Below the pieces are notes generated by a model. That model had not been told where the DNA came from. It was given only the letters and a program-made list of their open reading frames with translations, and ran no database searches. Position numbers and translations under genes: made by a program. This document shows, one piece after another, positions 37,452 to 47,852 of a stretch of DNA of 64,000 bases. This DNA is from Fimbriimonadia bacterium (GTDB lineage: Bacteria; Armatimonadota; Fimbriimonadia; Fimbriimonadales; JABRVX01): positions 96,001 through 160,000 of the forward strand of contig JBGPGO010000008.1 in assembly GCA_041483895.1 (NCBI GenBank), read 5' to 3'. Position 1 is the stretch's first letter, and every line of letters starts with the position of its first letter.

Positions 37452-38602
37452 AGCTTTGGATCGTTCTCGCGCTGGCCGGCCTTGCATCGTTGGCGCTCGC
37501 ATCCGAATTGCCGATCCAGTCCAAGTCGTTTATCGCCGTTGATGCGGAATCCGGCGCTGTGCTGTTTCAAAAGGATGCTCATGTTCGGCGTCCCCCGGCT
37601 TCCTGTACCAAGATCATGACGGCGCTCCTGCTGCTGGAGAACGGCGGCTTGGACGAGGTGGTGAAAGTTCAGGAAGATCAGACGCTGCCCGGCGAAAGCT
37701 CGATGGGACTGCTTCCGGGGGAGCAGATCAAAGTCTGGGACCTGCTCTACGCCATCCTCCTCCGATCCGCGAACGATGCCTGCGTGATTGCGGCGGTCCA
37801 TGTCTCCGGAACTGTCGACAAATTCGTCGAACTGATGAACAGGCGCGCGAAGGAGCTTGGCGCCAACGATACGAATTTTGTGAACCCTCATGGTCTGCAC
37901 GACCCGCAGCACTTCACCACCGCCTATGACTTGGCTTTGATCGCCGAGGAGGCAATGAAGTCCCCCACGTTTCGCGAAATCGTCGGGACATATAAACACA
38001 AAATAGACCGGAGCCTCAACAAAGACGATCTATGGATGGTGAACCACGACAAAATGCTGGCGAAAGGGACCATCGTGGACGGCATCAAAACCGGCTACAC
38101 GATCCCGGCGGGAAAGTGCTTCGTGGGGTCCGCGGCAGGTCCGACCTTCCGGGTGATCACCGTGGTCCTCGATAGCAAGGATTGGCAAGTGGATACGCAA
38201 TCGCTGGTCAAGTCCTCGTTCGACCGATTTGAGCGCAGAGAGATCCTTCCTTCGCGGCATGAATGCGGCAGGGCAGAGGTCCGCGGCGGGACAATGGACC
38301 GCGTCGCCGCGATTACGGCAGAGCCGCTCATGGAGCTGCTTCCAAAATCCGGCGCCGGCGAACCGCAGATCGAAGTAACGGTCAAGCCGGTCCAGGCTCC
38401 TGTCGCGGCCGGGGACAATGTCGGAGTGTTGCGGCTGGAACGAAATGGGAAGCTGATTCGCGAAGTCCCGTTGGTGGCGTCGGCATCCGTCCCGGCCGTG
38501 GAGGCTGCGGCGTCGGCAGTCGGTTGGCAGTTCTGGGTGGTGTCGTGCGTGATTGGGATGGCCGCCTTACGATGGCTGCGCCGCGGGCATGCCAGTGCCT
38601 GA
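37448..38602 (+). CDS. D-alanyl-D-alanine carboxypeptidase (S11)
   Basis: ASCTKIMT (SxxK), SAN, KTG; GTG start overlapping the scpB stop; C-terminal TM. Confidence 0.93.
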   Translation: MKLWIVLALAGLASLALASELPIQSKSFIAVDAESGAVLFQKDAHVRRPPASCTKIMTALLLLENGGLDEVVKVQEDQTLPGESSMGLLPGEQIKVWDLLYAILLRSANDACVIAAVHVSGTVDKFVELMNRRAKELGANDTNFVNPHGLHDPQHFTTAYDLALIAEEAMKSPTFREIVGTYKHKIDRSLNKDDLWMVNHDKMLAKGTIVDGIKTGYTIPAGKCFVGSAAGPTFRVITVVLDSKDWQVDTQSLVKSSFDRFERREILPSRHECGRAEVRGGTMDRVAAITAEPLMELLPKSGAGEPQIEVTVKPVQAPVAAGDNVGVLRLERNGKLIREVPLVASASVPAVEAAASAVGWQFWVVSCVIGMAALRWLRRGHASA

Positions 38603-39320
38603 ACGCCTGCAGAAGCTCCTTGCCTTCGCCGGGTATGGATCCCGTCGAAAATGCGAACTCCTGATGCTCGAGGGCCGGGTGACGGTCAACGGCGCCATCA
38701 TCACAGAGCTCGGGACGAAAGCGGATATCGACGAGGACGCGATTGCCGTTGACGGCAAGCGGTTGCAAGCCCCAAAACTGGTGTATGTATTGATGAACAA
38801 GCCGGTTGGAGTTGTAACGACGATGTCCGATCCGCGCGCCGGAAAGACCGTTGCGGATCTGTTGCCGAGACTGCCCGCGCAGGTTCATCCGGTCGGCAGA
38901 TTGGACCGGGACACGGAGGGCGCGCTACTGCTGACGAACGACGGCCAACTGACGAACCGACTGACACATCCCCGCTATGGCGTAGAAAAAACCTATCGCG
39001 TGGTTATCGATTGCGCCCCGTCCGCGAAGGAGATTGAGAAGTTGGAGAATGGGGTCAAGCTCGTGGACGGAAGAACCGCGCCGGCCCGCGCCAGATTGCT
39101 GGGCATTGATGGGCAAACAGGCCATGCGACAGTGGAACTTACCATCCACGAGGGAAGAAATCGGCAGGTGCGCCGCATGTTGGAAGCGGTGGGGCACAAG
39201 GTGATCGGCTTGCGTCGAACGGCGTTCGGCGGCCTGACAAGCTACAAGCTGCCAAAGGGGGCGTGCCGATTGCTGTCCCGCCAAGAGGTCGCAAAGCTGA
39301 AAAAGCACGTCGGATTATGA
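38589..39320 (+). CDS. rluB: rRNA pseudouridine synthase (RluB/RsuA family)
   Basis: S4 domain ERLQK..SRR, VGRLDRDTEG, EGRNRQVRRM; scpAB context. Confidence 0.9.
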   Translation: MPVPERLQKLLAFAGYGSRRKCELLMLEGRVTVNGAIITELGTKADIDEDAIAVDGKRLQAPKLVYVLMNKPVGVVTTMSDPRAGKTVADLLPRLPAQVHPVGRLDRDTEGALLLTNDGQLTNRLTHPRYGVEKTYRVVIDCAPSAKEIEKLENGVKLVDGRTAPARARLLGIDGQTGHATVELTIHEGRNRQVRRMLEAVGHKVIGLRRTAFGGLTSYKLPKGACRLLSRQEVAKLKKHVGL

Positions 39321-40789
39321 AGAGGCCGGGTCTGTGGCTGCCGCTGCTTTCCGCGGTGCTGTTGTGGTCCGCATTTCCGCCCATCAACTTTGGCTGGAGC
39401 GCGTACATTGCTTTCGTTCCATTGCTACTGTCTCTTCGGCAAGGGGGATTTTGGCGGGGCTGGCGGCGCGGGATCTGGTTCGGGTTTGCGTTTTTCCTCC
39501 TCAATTTGGTCTGGCTGTGGCAGTTCGTCGCGGGTTGGACCGAGTCCTATGCGTTGGCTGCCATTCCATGGGCTTTGCTCAGCTTCATCGAGGGCCTTTA
39601 CCTATCTCTGTTTGGCGGGATCGTGTCGCTGTGCAGCGGCAAATGGCGGTGGGGACTGCTGACGGCGCCGGTCGTCTGGCCCTCGGTGGAGCACTTCCGT
39701 TCGACGTGGCCTGCCGGCGGATTTGCCTGGACCCAGCTCAGCTACTCTCAGTGGGAGCATCCGCTGTTGGTGCAGCCGGCGGTTTGGGCGGGCACTCATT
39801 TTGTGGCGTTCATCATCGTCGCGGTCAACGTGGCGATTGCTCTGTCAATCGCTGAACGCGAGGATACGCCGAAAGGCTTTCGGCTAACTCCCACAATCGG
39901 GATCGCCGCCGGATATGCGATTATTCTTCTCTTCTCTCTGCTGCGCTTCATCGGGCCGCAAGATGAGAAGACCTTCATCGTTATGGCCGCACAGCCGAGC
40001 CTGAAGGTCATCACGGAGAACGATTCCGATTGGTATCCGGAGTTCTTGCCCTTCCGGGAGAAGGTCCTCTCGCAGGCGCAGGCGATCGGGGCCAAGCTGG
40101 TCGTGTTTCCGGAAGGGTATCAGCTCGGCATGCCGATGCATCCCGAACTGGCAAGGTCAGCGTACGTCGCAAGTGGTCAAAGACCGGGACGCGACGGGAT
40201 GTACGAGACCGCCTTCGGCATCACACCGGGGCAGAATGCCTACACGATGCGGGACAAGGTGCGCCTCGTGGTTTTCGGAGAATATGTGCCGTGCCGCGGG
40301 AATCAGATGGTGGAGGCCTTCAAGATTCCGGGCGGCGACGTAAAGGCCGGGGACTATTCACCGCCTCTACGGGTGGGGGAACTGTCGGTTGGGGTAGCCA
40401 TTTGCTTCGAGAGCGTATTCGGCGAAGTGCTGCGGGAGCAGGCGGAACAGGGCGTGGACCTGCTCGCCGTCATGTCGATCGACGATTGGTACCCGCTTTC
40501 CGGAATGGAGCAGCACGCCGCGGCCAGCGTGGTGCGGGCGGTCGAAAACAACAAACCCCTCGTCCGATCCGGCTCTTCCGGGATCACGATGATCGTGGAT
40601 CGATTGGGCCGGATCATCGAGCGGCTTCCTATCAAAGAGCAGAGCACGATTGCGGCCAGGGTCGGCACAACGGATTCCCGCCCGGCGCTCATGACGAAAT
40701 GGTTTCCGTGGATATGCCACTTATTCGTGCTGGCCGGCATTGTTATTGTTATAATGGGTGGTAGGCGGACGCTTGTGTCATCCAACTGA
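39317..40789 (+). CDS. lnt: Apolipoprotein N-acyltransferase
   Basis: TM N-terminus; VFPE, KVRLVVFGEYVP, ICFES, RAVEN. Confidence 0.93.
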   Translation: MKRPGLWLPLLSAVLLWSAFPPINFGWSAYIAFVPLLLSLRQGGFWRGWRRGIWFGFAFFLLNLVWLWQFVAGWTESYALAAIPWALLSFIEGLYLSLFGGIVSLCSGKWRWGLLTAPVVWPSVEHFRSTWPAGGFAWTQLSYSQWEHPLLVQPAVWAGTHFVAFIIVAVNVAIALSIAEREDTPKGFRLTPTIGIAAGYAIILLFSLLRFIGPQDEKTFIVMAAQPSLKVITENDSDWYPEFLPFREKVLSQAQAIGAKLVVFPEGYQLGMPMHPELARSAYVASGQRPGRDGMYETAFGITPGQNAYTMRDKVRLVVFGEYVPCRGNQMVEAFKIPGGDVKAGDYSPPLRVGELSVGVAICFESVFGEVLREQAEQGVDLLAVMSIDDWYPLSGMEQHAAASVVRAVENNKPLVRSGSSGITMIVDRLGRIIERLPIKEQSTIAARVGTTDSRPALMTKWFPWICHLFVLAGIVIVIMGGRRTLVSSN

Positions 40790-40815
40790 TTGTCTTGCAG
40801 GGAGGAGAGATACGT

Positions 40816-41787
40816 ATGAGATGCGCTATCGCATGCGTGGCATTGCTTCTGTTCGGCGCCGCCCAGGCAGTACCGAACTGGGACCTGAGCAATACCACTT
40901 GGCAATTGAATTACAAATATACCTACTCGTCGGATCCGGACGGGGAATATGGCGGCGTCGGCGGGTTTACGGGAGCGGAGCTCTCGTTCGGTTCCCAGGA
41001 CGCGGCGGGGAATGTGGCCGTGAAGATGCGTATTCCGCTGGCACAGTTCGCGGACGACTGCGCAACGACGGTAAACGCCGAACTGAAGGGTGTTGTGAAC
41101 GGGGATACGGTCAGCATCTATCCCGTTTCATCGTCCACCAGTTACGGGTTTTTCCTCTCGTGCACGGACCCCTCCTGTTTTGCCGGTGGCCATGCGATGG
41201 ATGTAACCCTTGCCATCAGCCTGCATCTGGGAGCAAACGGGCTCATCGATTCCGGTACCGGCACGATCCACGACAATCTAGATCTGACATCGTTTACATG
41301 CGGGATCAATTGGCCAACCGGATATCAGTTCGATCTCGACTCGTTTTCCGGGACCGGTGGTCCCGCGAAACGGAAGGTGAGTCTTTCCGGAAAGACGACA
41401 CTCGACAACTTCGCCGGCAATCCCGCCACCCGTCCGTTGACGCTTGACCTCACGGGCCCAACGAATCAGACCATCGGCCTGGCCATGGATTCGGGCGGCA
41501 ACTGGTCGACACAAACGGCTTTGGCGCCCGGCAGCTACACGCTGTTGTTCGGTGTGGACTATTATCTCCGCGGGAAGCTGGACCGGAACATAACGGGCAA
41601 CAGTTCGGGGCTGGATGTGGACCTGCTTGGGGGCGATGCCGCTCCGAACAACGCCGTCGATGTCCACGATCTCACAGAAATCTTCATTCACTACGCCGAG
41701 TCGTCGCCCGATGTCGATGGGAATGGAATCGTGGACCTCAAGGACCTGAATATTGTGTTCGGCAACTTTGGCCTGCAAGGCGACTAG
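40816..41787 (+). CDS. Secreted protein with C-terminal beta-sandwich + dockerin-like module
   Basis: Signal peptide; GDAAPNNAVDVHDL...DVDGNGIVDLKDLNIVFGNFGLQGD. Confidence 0.8.
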   Translation: MRCAIACVALLLFGAAQAVPNWDLSNTTWQLNYKYTYSSDPDGEYGGVGGFTGAELSFGSQDAAGNVAVKMRIPLAQFADDCATTVNAELKGVVNGDTVSIYPVSSSTSYGFFLSCTDPSCFAGGHAMDVTLAISLHLGANGLIDSGTGTIHDNLDLTSFTCGINWPTGYQFDLDSFSGTGGPAKRKVSLSGKTTLDNFAGNPATRPLTLDLTGPTNQTIGLAMDSGGNWSTQTALAPGSYTLLFGVDYYLRGKLDRNITGNSSGLDVDLLGGDAAPNNAVDVHDLTEIFIHYAESSPDVDGNGIVDLKDLNIVFGNFGLQGD

Positions 41788-41895
41788 GGTTTCGGTGCGG
41801 CCGGAACCGCGCGAAGGCATTTGGGCGTCCAACAATGGAAGAGGCGCGCGGTCGGCAGGGTATGATTTTGGCGGGCCCCGCTGGTGGAGAGTGTT

Positions 41896-43338
41896 ATGCG
41901 CCAACTAATCAATCTTCTTTTGTTGTTCGCCGCAGTCTCGGTTTTGGCCCAGGGACCCACGCCGGAGTCCCGGCTGAAGCTGCAAGCTGCCGTCGCGCAG
42001 TATAAGGCCGGAAAGGTCGCCGAAGCGCTGGCGGCCGTTGAAGCGCTCGCCAAACAGACTCCGGACGACGTACAGGCTCTGAATTGGTACGGCTTCCTTC
42101 TCCTGCGGTCCGGACGGTCCCAAGATGCGATCAGTCCTTTGACCAAGGCGGCTTCGATGGAACCTGGCAACGCCGATGTTCACAACAATCTAGGCAATGC
42201 CTATCTCCAGACGGAGCAGTTGGAAAAGGCTCTCGCCGAATATCAAGCGGCAACCAAACTGAATCCCGACCACGCGGATGCCTGGTACAACCTTGGCAAC
42301 ACCCAAGTCAAGTTGAAGAAATACCCGGACGCGATTGTCGCGCTACAGAGGGCCGCCACGCTGAAGCCGAAGGACCCGTACGTTTACAACAACATCGGCT
42401 ACGCGATGCAACAGATGGGCCGGACGGGGGACGCAGCTACGAATTTCAAGCGGGCCTCCGACCTCTCTCCTGCAAACTTTTCTTTCGCTTTGAACGCCGG
42501 GCTGGTTTTCTCGCAACTGAGGCAATGGGATGATGCGGCCACCTACCTGGAGCGGGCGACGAAACTGAATGGCAACGATTACAACGCGCTCGCAACCCTG
42601 GGGCAGTGCTATGTGAAGCTTGGTAAGCGCGACCAGGCGGTAGCAGCGTTTGGGGCCGCCGAGCGTCTCAAGCCGGACGAGATCCTGCCGCACTACAATC
42701 TCGGCGTGCTCTATGGCGAGCAGAAGGATTGGAAGCGGGCGGAGCAGGAGTACAAAAACGCCCTTGAGTTGAAGGACGACGATTTCGACACCCTCGGCAA
42801 CTATGGGTTGGTGTTGATCCAGCTCAATCGCAATGACGAGGCGGAAAAGATTTTCGAGCGGCTCGTGGGTCTGAACCCCGCCAGCATGGATGCTCGGATC
42901 AACCTTGCGGCTTGCAAGATGAAGACCGGGCAGATTTCCGAGGCAATCAAGCTGTGGCGCGCCGTGCTTATCGAGGAGCCGAATCGCGCGGACGTGCGGT
43001 TGGCGCTTGCGAACGCCTTGTACGTTCAAAAGGACTATGCCCAGGCGGGGAAGGAATACCGAACAGTGCTGCAGGCCAAAGCGAATTCCGCTGCCGCCCA
43101 CAACGGCCTGGGTCTGATTCTATATCAGGATATGAAGATGGACCTGGCGCTGAAGGAATTCGACACGGCGGCCCGGCTGGATCCCAAGCTGGCGGACGCC
43201 CAGAACAACATGGGAGTGGTTTTGGAGCGACTGGGGAAGAAGGCGGCGGCGATGGAGGCGTACAAGAAGGCCCTCGCGATCCGCCCCGACTATCCGCAAG
43301 CGAAGGCGAACCTGGAACGGCTAAAATCCATTCCGTGA
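41896..43338 (+). CDS. Exported TPR-repeat protein
   Basis: Signal peptide; about 12 TPRs (VHNNLGNAY, AWYNLG, AQNNMGVVL). Confidence 0.93.
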   Translation: MRQLINLLLLFAAVSVLAQGPTPESRLKLQAAVAQYKAGKVAEALAAVEALAKQTPDDVQALNWYGFLLLRSGRSQDAISPLTKAASMEPGNADVHNNLGNAYLQTEQLEKALAEYQAATKLNPDHADAWYNLGNTQVKLKKYPDAIVALQRAATLKPKDPYVYNNIGYAMQQMGRTGDAATNFKRASDLSPANFSFALNAGLVFSQLRQWDDAATYLERATKLNGNDYNALATLGQCYVKLGKRDQAVAAFGAAERLKPDEILPHYNLGVLYGEQKDWKRAEQEYKNALELKDDDFDTLGNYGLVLIQLNRNDEAEKIFERLVGLNPASMDARINLAACKMKTGQISEAIKLWRAVLIEEPNRADVRLALANALYVQKDYAQAGKEYRTVLQAKANSAAAHNGLGLILYQDMKMDLALKEFDTAARLDPKLADAQNNMGVVLERLGKKAAAMEAYKKALAIRPDYPQAKANLERLKSIP

Positions 43339-44156
43339 AATTGGCCCAAATCTTCATCAACCCAAAGAAACCCGATGCGGACTCGATCGCAGCGAGCGCC
43401 GGCGACCAGCTTCGGGACGGCGGGTTTCAGGTCTCTTTCGAGACGGATATTCCGCACGAGAAGCTAGGCAAGGCGGACCTGATTCTGACGTTCGGGGGAG
43501 ATGGCTCAGTGCTGCGGGCGGTCGGGTTTGCCGCGCCGCATGGATCGCCGGTGATGGGAATTCATTTGGGCAGGTTCGGATTCCTGACCTGCTGCCAGCC
43601 ATCGGACATGCCGGATATGCTGGGCCGGGTGATTCAGGGAGACTTTCATGTGGACGACCGGATGATGGTTCGCGCGTCGGTGGTTCGAGGCGGCAAGGAG
43701 TTGCCCCCGGCCCATGGGCTCAACGAGGTGGCGTTGCAGCGCGGCGTTTCGGCGAAGATGATGACGTTTGACATCACGATAGACGACAACTATGTGACTA
43801 CTTATCCCGCAGACGGCATACTGATCTCCACGCCCACCGGATCGACCGCATACAACCTGTCCGCTGGCGGGCCGGTCGCGTCTCCCAATCTGGAGGCGCT
43901 GCTGCTGACGCCGATTCTGCCGCATACGTTGGGGGCCCGCCCGATCGTGCTCGCGCCGGAGAGTGTGGTGCGCCTGAAGGTGGGATCGCCGGGCGAGTCG
44001 CTGCTGGTGGCGGATGGGGAGGCGCAGGCGACGCTGGTGCACGACGACGAGATCGTGGTGCGCAGGTCGGAATATGTGGCGAGACTCGTCTTGCCATCCA
44101 AGAACGACTTCTACGACCGCCTGCGCGGCCGTTTGCTCTGGGGGGCTAGGACCTGA
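43335..44156 (+). CDS. nadK: NAD kinase
   Basis: GGDGS, LNE, DGILISTPTGSTAYNLSAGGP; GTG start overlapping the TPR stop. Confidence 0.95.
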   Translation: MKLAQIFINPKKPDADSIAASAGDQLRDGGFQVSFETDIPHEKLGKADLILTFGGDGSVLRAVGFAAPHGSPVMGIHLGRFGFLTCCQPSDMPDMLGRVIQGDFHVDDRMMVRASVVRGGKELPPAHGLNEVALQRGVSAKMMTFDITIDDNYVTTYPADGILISTPTGSTAYNLSAGGPVASPNLEALLLTPILPHTLGARPIVLAPESVVRLKVGSPGESLLVADGEAQATLVHDDEIVVRRSEYVARLVLPSKNDFYDRLRGRLLWGART

Positions 44157-44322
44157 TGCGCAATGGAACAAACAATTCGAACAAGCAGCGTCTGCCGTTG
44201 GCTGACCGATTGGAAAAGGGGCTCTTGGAATTATTAGAGTTCGCCCGGGGGGAGCGCGAGTTGCGCACAACGGTTGTGCCGAAGCCCAGCAATCGGCAAC
44301 GTCGCCGACGCCGTTCCTGAAC

Positions 44323-45033
44323 CTACCTGATTTCAACCAGCTTTCTGAGGCTCTTTCGTAGTCCAAATACCAGACAGGGAACAGCAATCGTCAGTGCCGC
44401 CGGTTCCGGGACGATCAACAAATAAGACTGGTCCGTGATATCCCTGGTAGAGCTAGCTGAATCCAGCATTGAGGTGGAAAGCCCGTTCGCGGTAGCGCGA
44501 CCATCAAGACACCATGGCAGCTTTTCTCCTTCACTTCCGGGCTGAACGGTGAATTGGAAAAGCCGCGCAGTCCAGTGGCTTCCTCGAGGTTGCGAGTTTT
44601 TGATGCCGAGCAGTGTGAAAAGGCCGCGGTTTGCAATCAAATGATACGTCGAATCTGTCGGGTCCAGGTCGTTGTCATAAAGCGGTCCGTCGTCGGTGTC
44701 GTGCACGACGGTGGTCAAGAATTCGCTCGCAGGCCCGCCTATCGAACGGGCGGCTAGTATTTGGTCCGACCAGGAGCTCGAATCCGCTGACCCCATCAGG
44801 GTTAGCGCATTCAGGCAGAGCGTGATTCTGAGGAGGCCCCACTTAAACGGCTGCTGAGAGTCTAGGGCGTCGAACTGATACCAGATCTCGACGCTATCTC
44901 CGGGCCGCGCTTGCAGGACGCCGGCATTATCCGCGCCGGTTGTAGCGTTGTGCATGTAGAGCCGCACCGTGTAAGAAGAGAAACCGCTAGCCGCACTAGA
45001 GATCGCGATTAATACTGAGATGGATCGAAGCAC
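44323..45033 (-). CDS. PEP-CTERM paralog 5 of tandem array
   Basis: ARPGDSVEIW, FKWG, FTVQPGSEG, IVPEP + TM + basic tail. Confidence 0.88.
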   Translation of the reverse strand: MLRSISVLIAISSAASGFSSYTVRLYMHNATTGADNAGVLQARPGDSVEIWYQFDALDSQQPFKWGLLRITLCLNALTLMGSADSSSWSDQILAARSIGGPASEFLTTVVHDTDDGPLYDNDLDPTDSTYHLIANRGLFTLLGIKNSQPRGSHWTARLFQFTVQPGSEGEKLPWCLDGRATANGLSTSMLDSASSTRDITDQSYLLIVPEPAALTIAVPCLVFGLRKSLRKLVEIR

Positions 45034-45718
45034 TTTTCCGCCTCCTCCCCAACCAATATGTCATGCCAAAACCAAATGCACCAATCGCCGCTGGTTCTGG
45101 GACGACGAGCAAGCATTGATCGGTTATGTTCGGGTTTGTCCCATTGTCAAGCAGAAGGCGGGTAGAGAGGCCCGTGCCGGTATCTCTTCCCGGCAGGCAC
45201 CAGCACAACTTTTGCCCGACACTGCCTGGCTGAACCGTGAACTGAAAGAACCGCACCGTCCAGTCTCCTGATCTCGTCTTATTTCCGTTGACCCCAAGGA
45301 GAAAGTACAATCCCCGGTTCGCGATGAGCGGCTTGGTCGTATCAGTTGGGTCAATTGCATTGTCGTGCATCGGGCCATCATCCGTGTCGTGCGTCACCGT
45401 CGACAGGAAATCGCTCGCAGGCCCGCCGTCGGATTTCGAAGCGATGATCTGATCGGACCATGAGCTAGAATCCGAGTCGCTCATCAGCGTGAGGCCATCC
45501 AGGCAGATGGTTACCTGCTGCTGTCCCCACTTTCTTGGAGCTGTCTGAGTGAGGCCTTTGAAGTGGAACCAGATTTCGATCGTGTCTCCTGGCTTGGCCA
45601 ACAAGGTGCCGGGGTTATCGGCTCGCGTCGTCGCGTTCTCGAACCACAACCGAGCCTCGTATGCTCCGAACGCCTGCGCGGTGATGAGAGACAAAAGGAG
45701 CGTAATGGTTCTACACAT
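44996..45718 (-). CDS. PEP-CTERM paralog 4 of tandem array
   Basis: Same motifs; VVPEP..WLGRRRK; start MCRTIT overlaps the upstream gene by 8 bp. Confidence 0.88.
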   Translation of the reverse strand: MCRTITLLLSLITAQAFGAYEARLWFENATTRADNPGTLLAKPGDTIEIWFHFKGLTQTAPRKWGQQQVTICLDGLTLMSDSDSSSWSDQIIASKSDGGPASDFLSTVTHDTDDGPMHDNAIDPTDTTKPLIANRGLYFLLGVNGNKTRSGDWTVRFFQFTVQPGSVGQKLCWCLPGRDTGTGLSTRLLLDNGTNPNITDQCLLVVPEPAAIGAFGFGMTYWLGRRRKSASIHLSINRDL

Positions 45719-46388
45719 CTTTTCTCCTTCGCACGGCGAGCACCGCAAGACAGGCGATTCCTGCCATGATGCTGGGCTCTGGGACGACGACGAGGGTGTT
45801 GTCTGTAATATCTATCGTTGCATTCTTCTGATCGAGAAGCCTCGTGGATAGGCCGGTTCCGGTATTTCGGCCGTCCAGGCACCAATTGAGCGCCTCGCCT
45901 TCACTGCCCGGTTGGACTGTGAACCGAAACAGTTCCGATGTCAAATCCCAACTCTCTCTTACCCCCCAAAGCGCGTACATGCCCCTTGTCCCGACCAACG
46001 GCGCTGCGGTGTTCTTCGGATCGATGGCGAAGTCGTACATCGGTCCATTTCTCGAATCGTGATAGATGGTCGAAAAAAACCAGGAAGGATGCGCACTGGA
46101 CTTCCGCGCGACTTCCAGTTGGTCAGTCCACGAGTCCGAATCGGTGGCGCTCATGAGCGAAAGGCCATCGAGGCAGAGAGTGATCTGGAGCGTGCCCCAC
46201 TTGAACGGATTCTTCGCGTCGAGGGCGTGAAAGTTGAACATGATGGAAACGACATCGCCCGGTGTTGCCGTGACGACTGAGGGTCCCTCAAAGCCGGTCG
46301 TAACGTTGCGGAACCATAGACGGGAACTGTAGGCTCCATGTCCGGCACAGGCTGCGAGCAGGCACCCAATCAAAGCGATCCTACGCAT
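45711..46388 (-). CDS. PEP-CTERM paralog 3 of tandem array
   Basis: Same motifs; VVPEPS..VRRRK. Confidence 0.88.
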   Translation of the reverse strand: MRRIALIGCLLAACAGHGAYSSRLWFRNVTTGFEGPSVVTATPGDVVSIMFNFHALDAKNPFKWGTLQITLCLDGLSLMSATDSDSWTDQLEVARKSSAHPSWFFSTIYHDSRNGPMYDFAIDPKNTAAPLVGTRGMYALWGVRESWDLTSELFRFTVQPGSEGEALNWCLDGRNTGTGLSTRLLDQKNATIDITDNTLVVVPEPSIMAGIACLAVLAVRRRKDV

Positions 46389-47058
46389 TGCGTTTCCTCC
46401 GTAATACCACCAGCGGTCCGAGGAGCGCGACGGCTGCAGCCGGTTCCGGCGTCACCTGGACATAGTTGTCTGTGAGATCAACGGTCTTGCCCTTCTGATC
46501 GAGGATGCTTGTGGAGAGTCCGGTCGAAGAAACCCGCCCGTCGAGACACCAGTTCAATTCCTCATGTTCGCTGCCCGGCTGCACCGTGAACCGATAGAAC
46601 ATGACGTCCCAGCTTTGAGATCTCACCTTGTTTCCATCGCCTCCTAGCAGCATGTAGAGACCATGTGTGGATATGAGCGGAGAATTGATGTCCGAGGGAT
46701 CAATGGAATTGTCGTATAAGACGCCGCGGCCGATGACGGTGGTGAGGAAATCGCCAGCGGGACCGCCTTGCGACTTTGACGCTTGGATCTGCTGATCCCA
46801 GGAGTCGAAGTCCTGCTCACCCACGATTGTTAGCCCTTCCATGCAAAACGTGATCCGGATCGTGCCCCACTTGAACGGGTTGACATTGTCGAGGTTATGA
46901 AAACTGTACCAGACCTCGATCGTATCGCCTGGGTCCGCCAAAAGCGCACCGGTGTTGCCGGTGGACTTCGTCGCATTATAAAAAGACAGGCGGGCGGAAC
47001 AAGCTGCATGGCAAGCAACGGTTAAGACCAGGCAACCGATCACTGTGAACTTACGCAT
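46381..47058 (-). CDS. PEP-CTERM paralog 2 of tandem array
   Basis: Same motifs; VTPEP..LRRKR. Confidence 0.88.
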   Translation of the reverse strand: MRKFTVIGCLVLTVACHAACSARLSFYNATKSTGNTGALLADPGDTIEVWYSFHNLDNVNPFKWGTIRITFCMEGLTIVGEQDFDSWDQQIQASKSQGGPAGDFLTTVIGRGVLYDNSIDPSDINSPLISTHGLYMLLGGDGNKVRSQSWDVMFYRFTVQPGSEHEELNWCLDGRVSSTGLSTSILDQKGKTVDLTDNYVQVTPEPAAAVALLGPLVVLRRKRNA

Positions 47059-47743
47059 GGCGCTTTCTCCTTAGAACGGCCCATGATGCCAGGATGGCGA
47101 TAGATGCAGCCGGTTCCGGCACCACCTGGACATAGTTGTCCGTGATGTCGACCGCTTTCGTGGTTTGATCGAGAATGCGAGTGGAGAGACCGGTCCCGGT
47201 TACCCTTCCATCCATCGCCCACCAAAGCTCCTGCCCTTCGCTGCCGGCCTGCACTGTGAACTGGAACAGCTTCGCCATCCAGCTATGCGAGCGGGGCTGG
47301 GTTCCGATCACCCCCAGCAGGCAGTACAGACCCACGTCGGCCACTTTCGCATGCGACGCGTCTGTGGGATCGATGGCGTAGTCGTATAAGATGCCATTGT
47401 CTGAGTCGTGGAGGATGGTGACAAGGAAGTCTTCCGGCGGACCACCGAACGATTCGGCGGCCCTGATCTTATCGGACCAGTTCGCCGCGTCCGCAGCTCC
47501 CATCAGCGTCAGCCCTTCCAGCGACAGGGTGACCTGGAGGGTGCCCCATTTATTCGGACGATTCTGGTCGACCTGGTGAAAGTCGAACCAGATCTCGACC
47601 ACCTCCCCAGGAGCGGCATGCAATGCGCCTGGGTTCGACTCGCCCGTATTCGCGTTCTGAAAGTAAAGCCGGGCATCATAATTGGCTCCTGCCAAAGCGA
47701 CAGCCATCACGGCCACAGTACACGCCCAAAGTCGTCCAAACAT
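47051..47743 (-). CDS. PEP-CTERM paralog 1 of tandem array
   Basis: GAGGAGG SD; same motifs; VVPEP..LRRKR. Confidence 0.88.
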   Translation of the reverse strand: MFGRLWACTVAVMAVALAGANYDARLYFQNANTGESNPGALHAAPGEVVEIWFDFHQVDQNRPNKWGTLQVTLSLEGLTLMGAADAANWSDKIRAAESFGGPPEDFLVTILHDSDNGILYDYAIDPTDASHAKVADVGLYCLLGVIGTQPRSHSWMAKLFQFTVQAGSEGQELWWAMDGRVTGTGLSTRILDQTTKAVDITDNYVQVVPEPAASIAILASWAVLRRKRHA

Positions 47744-47852
47744 GATTCATCCTCCTCAGCAACCGAGGACGAACCCGTAACCGAATGGTAAAGGGGATGG
47801 CGGAAAAAACCCGGCGAGGGCCATCCAAATGCAATGCAAAACACCGGTAATT

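Noticed and set aside
42912..43334. N-terminal extension of NAD kinase
   Set aside because: Shadow of the TPR gene; GTG 43335 overlaps the TPR stop and gives normal length
44323..47743. Diversity-generating retroelement or shufflon acting on the paralogs
   Set aside because: No reverse transcriptase or recombinase; divergence spread throughout and not adenine-specific
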